DNA of 64,000 nucleotides, from the NCBI GenBank assembly GCA_001789445.1, contig MFZQ01000003.1:2796-66795 (forward strand), given 5' to 3'. The DNA is from Candidatus Roizmanbacteria bacterium RIFCSPHIGHO2_02_FULL_40_13b (GTDB lineage: Bacteria > Patescibacteriota > Microgenomatia > UBA1406 > HO2-37-13b). Under the pieces are notes generated by a model that was given only the letters and a program-made list of their open reading frames with translations, did no database searches and had not been told where the DNA came from. The first letter of the stretch is position 1. Every line of letters starts with the position of its first letter. A program made the translations under genes and the position numbers. Shown piece by piece: positions 63,914 through 64,000 of the stretch.

Positions 63914-64000
63914 GTAAGAAGTAGTCGCGACGATAGATGACACAAATAGGGTGGAGATTACCACCCCATTGTGAAATCAGCTTCAAAACTTACTTGATCA

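Noticed and set aside
6-64000. Numerous short ORF-track entries nested antisense or out of frame inside long conserved genes (e.g. 1320..1523, 9068..9271, 15298..15589, 24775..25060, 44180..44532, 47413..47771)
   Set aside because: They overlap well-supported CDSs, lack motifs and start context, and have the skewed composition typical of shadow ORFs in AT-rich DNA.

Overview
Low-GC (roughly 38-40 % by eye) bacterial chromosome segment read with the standard code; TGA, TAA and TAG all end conserved genes at the expected length. The gene content suggests a Candidate Phyla Radiation / Patescibacteria-type genome, which is an inference. It has a compact housekeeping set, archaeal-type AspRS, DUF3048/DUF4012/DUF4446 proteins, many small membrane and secreted hypotheticals, and very dense toxin-antitoxin modules. 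Recognisable core genes are pstB (partial), era, purN-like/purD, gltX, aspS, recJ, cca, a PPIase, rluB-like, secD/secF, rplY, gap, glmS, rpsA, comM/yifB, comF, an ABC-2/GldG-like transporter, trmD, yidD and smpB followed by tmRNA, plus one tRNA-Gln. The main accessory content is two separate diversity-generating retroelements (DGRs) about 17 kb apart (18.9-21.6 kb and 36.6-39.4 kb). Each has a DGR-type reverse transcriptase, an Avd-like four-helix-bundle gene on the opposite strand, a template repeat abutting the avd stop codon, and a variable repeat at the 3' end of a GC-richer target gene. DGR-1 has a perfectly adenine-specific TR/VR mismatch pattern (17/17). DGR-2 looks switched off or decaying: 8 of 34 mismatches are not at adenines, a palindromic element sits inside the RT, and a (CA)12 tract separates the only ATG from the avd frame by one repeat unit. 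Both targets share a consensus TTGACA-N16-TATAAT promoter and an identical 9-nt leader. Other notable structure: three direct copies of the tRNA-Gln 3' end delimiting a 3.8-kb TA/cell-wall-hydrolase island; at least three families of short palindromic MITE/REP-like elements, some inserted in frame into coding genes (O-antigen-ligase-like gene, RT2); dispersed tandem arrays of the octamer TTAAATTG; a 37-nt pyrimidine-rich repeat; a high-GC single-gene cassette flanked by a 13-bp inverted repeat; and a TIR-like gene with an in-frame TAG. No CRISPR array, rRNA, integrase or transposase was seen.
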